64,000 nt of DNA from Desulfovibrio psychrotolerans (lineage in GTDB: Bacteria; Desulfobacterota; Desulfovibrionia; Desulfovibrionales; Desulfovibrionaceae), in the NCBI RefSeq assembly GCF_013340305.1, contig NZ_BLVP01000008.1:753719-817718 (forward strand), in the 5' to 3' direction. The translations under genes and the position numbers were made by a program. Of the stretch, positions 61,925-64,000 are shown one piece after another (positions within the stretch are counted from its first letter, which is position 1; each line of letters opens with the position of its first letter). The notes under the pieces are model-generated. The model was not told where the DNA came from. It worked only from the letters and a program-made list of their open reading frames with translations, and did no database searches.

Positions 61925-64000
61925 CTATTCTTCGCCTGTGCCCGGTTTTTCCATGCCGATGACAAAGAGCAGCAGGGCGGGAATGACAAATACCGTGAAC
62001 ACCGTGGAGATGGCTATGCCACCCAGCACCACGGAACCGAGACCCCTGTACAGTTCCGAACCGGGGCCGGGAGCAATGGCCAGCGGCAGCATGCCGAATA
62101 TGGACGTGGTTGCGCTCATATAGATGGGGCGCAGGCGCGACCGCACCGATTCCAGCACCGCCTCGCGGTGCGCCATGCCCCCTTCCCGTATGTTGTTCAG
62201 GGATTGGTGCACAATGAGAATGGCGTTGTTCACCACCACGCCGATAAGGATGATGAACCCCAGCATGGTAAGAATATCCATGGGTTGCCGTGTTACGAGC
62301 AGGTTTTCCAGCCTGAGGCCCAGAATGCCTCCCGCAGCCGCCAGCGGCACGGTGAACAGGATAATGAGCGGGTAGATGAAGTTGCCGAACAGTGCAGACA
62401 TGAGCAGGTAGGTGATGATCACTGCCAGCAGGAAGTTCCATTGCAGCGCCTCCCGCGTCTGCGTAAGTTTGTCCGCAGCGCCGGAAAGTCGGTAGTTTAT
62501 CCCGTGCAGCGGTCCTTCCTGCAGCTTGGGAATAAGCTCGCCGGAAATGATGTCCATGGCCTGTTCCAGCGGCATTTCCTGCGGCGGTGTGACTTGCAGG
62601 GTTATGGTGCGGTCACGCTCCAGATGGCGTATCTGCGAAATGCCGTAGGTGCGCTCAATATCCGCAAGAGAGGATATGGGCACCGGCACCCCGCCGGAAG
62701 TAGCCACCAGCGAGTGATACAGCGCCTCCGGGGAAGATACGTCGGCATCAGACGCCATGATGGTGAGGTCTATCTTTTTTTCGCCTTCCTCGTTGAAGTC
62801 GCCCACCTTTCTGCCGTCCATGAGCACATCCACGGCAATGCCCAGCTCGCGAGAAGACATGCCCGCAGCCCGCAGCCTGTCGCGGTCCGGGTTCAGGCGT
62901 ATTTCGGGAAAAAGCAGTTCCAGCGAGGGAATGGGGCGTATCTGCGAACCGGGAATAGACTGCATGATGGAGCCGAACAGGGCACCCGCGCCGCTTACCA
63001 GCTTGTTTATGTCTCCGGCGGAAAGGTCCACCTCAATGGTTCTGCCCTTGCCTATGCTGTCCTGAAAAATCCCGGCCTGCATGGAAACGCCGAACATGCC
63101 CGGAATGGAGTTGATGGTGGCGGTGAAGGAGGGAATGTATTCCGCAGCCCTGTCTTCAATTTTGGAGGTGGACCCAAAGAGCATAAAGTCCGCCGCGCCT
63201 ACGTAGAACAGAGCCTTCATGGGCGGCAGTCCGTCCACGTCTTCCGTTTCAGAGGCCAGTTGCCCGCTGTAGGTCTGCTGGATGTAGGAGCCTATGGCGT
63301 AGCGTTCCTCATACGAAAGACCGGGCGGGGGAATAAGAATGTTCAGGATGAGGTTGCGGTTGCCCTGCGGCAGGTATTCCATTTTGGGAAAGGCCATGTA
63401 GGTGGAAACCACGGCAAAGGCCGTCAGTGCGCCCACCGTGACCAGCCGGGTGAAGGCGTTGCGCAGCGTCACGCCAAGCACACCCATTATGGCCGCGCTT
63501 ATGCCGCGCCCCACGCTGTCTATGAACGGGAGGAACCTGCTCCGTTCCTTGCTCTTCCGGGAAAGCGAGAAGAACTGATTGGCCAGCATGGGAATGACGG
63601 ACAGCGAAACGAACAGGCTGAGCGTTATGGCGCAGGTAATGGCAATGGAGATGTCCTTGAAAAGCTGCCCCGCCTCCTGCTCCACAAAGGCCACAGGCAG
63701 AAACACCGCCACCGTGGTCAGGGTGGAGGCAAGCACCGCTCCCCACACTTCCGTTGTGCCGTCGTAGCAGGCGCGGAAGGGCGATTTGCCCATGCTCCGG
63801 TGCCTGTCTATGTTCTCCAGCACCACAATGGCGTTGTCCACCAGCATGCCCACCGCAAACGATATCCCGGCAAGGCTCACCACGTTCAGGTTCCTGCCCA
63901 GTCCGTTCATGAAGATAAAGGTGCCCAGCACACTTATGGGAATGGCCACGGCCACTACCACGGTGGAGGTCAGGGAGCGCAGAAACACCAGCAGCACGCA
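61925..64000 (-). CDS. Efflux RND transporter permease subunit (AcrB/HAE family), N-terminal part lies beyond the window end
   Basis: 690+ aa. C-terminal half of an RND pump (GIVVNNAILIVHQSLN, LFGSTSKIEDRAAE, 12-TM-type hydrophobicity). ORF runs off the window at 64000. Confidence 0.85.
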   Translation of the reverse strand, partial: CVLLVFLRSLTSTVVVAVAIPISVLGTFIFMNGLGRNLNVVSLAGISFAVGMLVDNAIVVLENIDRHRSMGKSPFRACYDGTTEVWGAVLASTLTTVAVFLPVAFVEQEAGQLFKDISIAITCAITLSLFVSLSVIPMLANQFFSLSRKSKERSRFLPFIDSVGRGISAAIMGVLGVTLRNAFTRLVTVGALTAFAVVSTYMAFPKMEYLPQGNRNLILNILIPPPGLSYEERYAIGSYIQQTYSGQLASETEDVDGLPPMKALFYVGAADFMLFGSTSKIEDRAAEYIPSFTATINSIPGMFGVSMQAGIFQDSIGKGRTIEVDLSAGDINKLVSGAGALFGSIMQSIPGSQIRPIPSLELLFPEIRLNPDRDRLRAAGMSSRELGIAVDVLMDGRKVGDFNEEGEKKIDLTIMASDADVSSPEALYHSLVATSGGVPVPISSLADIERTYGISQIRHLERDRTITLQVTPPQEMPLEQAMDIISGELIPKLQEGPLHGINYRLSGAADKLTQTREALQWNFLLAVIITYLLMSALFGNFIYPLIILFTVPLAAAGGILGLRLENLLVTRQPMDILTMLGFIILIGVVVNNAILIVHQSLNNIREGGMAHREAVLESVRSRLRPIYMSATTSIFGMLPLAIAPGPGSELYRGLGSVVLGGIAISTVFTVFVIPALLLFVIGMEKPGTGEE

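Overview
The window is high-GC (~60-65%) Desulfovibrio-like (Desulfovibrionaceae) chromosomal DNA, about 64 kb and densely coding on both strands. From left to right: a partial purine nucleoside phosphorylase gene on the minus strand, then motA-motB plus a PilZ-domain protein. Next comes an acyl-CoA carboxylase set (biotin carboxylase, a fused alpha/beta carboxyltransferase, and a biotinyl-like protein lacking the AMKM lysine), then ssb with an intrinsic terminator. A potD-potA-potB-potC spermidine/putrescine ABC transporter follows, then a PAS sensor kinase, then an RND efflux pair (adaptor subunit plus permease). The most unusual part is an accessory locus at roughly 20.0-37.8 kb. It holds a 2196-aa single-A-domain NRPS with non-canonical domain order (A-C-T-E-degenerate C) and in-frame low-complexity tandem repeats. 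Upstream of the NRPS lie two sets of helically phased tandem DNA repeats. Immediately downstream lies a tightly coupled, apparently translationally overlapped gene string: a cyclic-peptide-type ABC exporter, a small Cys-rich secreted protein, an SPFH/band-7 protein, a small 2-TM protein, a PF04392-type periplasmic binding protein, and a 906-aa fusion of a membrane sensor-like domain to an MFS transporter. The NRPS is bracketed by two paralogous PF04392-type binding proteins. Further right are a formyltransferase-family gene and a 5TM-LytS/PAS hybrid histidine kinase. Then come a CHASE-PAS-GGEEF diguanylate cyclase, an SLC13/TrkA-C permease and a GAF-HD-GYP phosphodiesterase. A futalosine-pathway menaquinone cluster follows (mqnD divergent from two radical-SAM MqnC/MqnE paralogs and mqnA). 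After that comes a ~1.1 kb low-GC islet (Sel1-repeat protein, small ORF, 2x[4Fe-4S] ferredoxin). Next are acetyl-CoA synthetase with a LytTR response regulator, two tandem ArsC/LMW-PTP genes, a REC-TPR regulator, a zinc-ribbon protein plus a 38-aa membrane peptide, and a second RND permease truncated at the window end. No rRNA, tRNA, CRISPR array or transposase could be supported.
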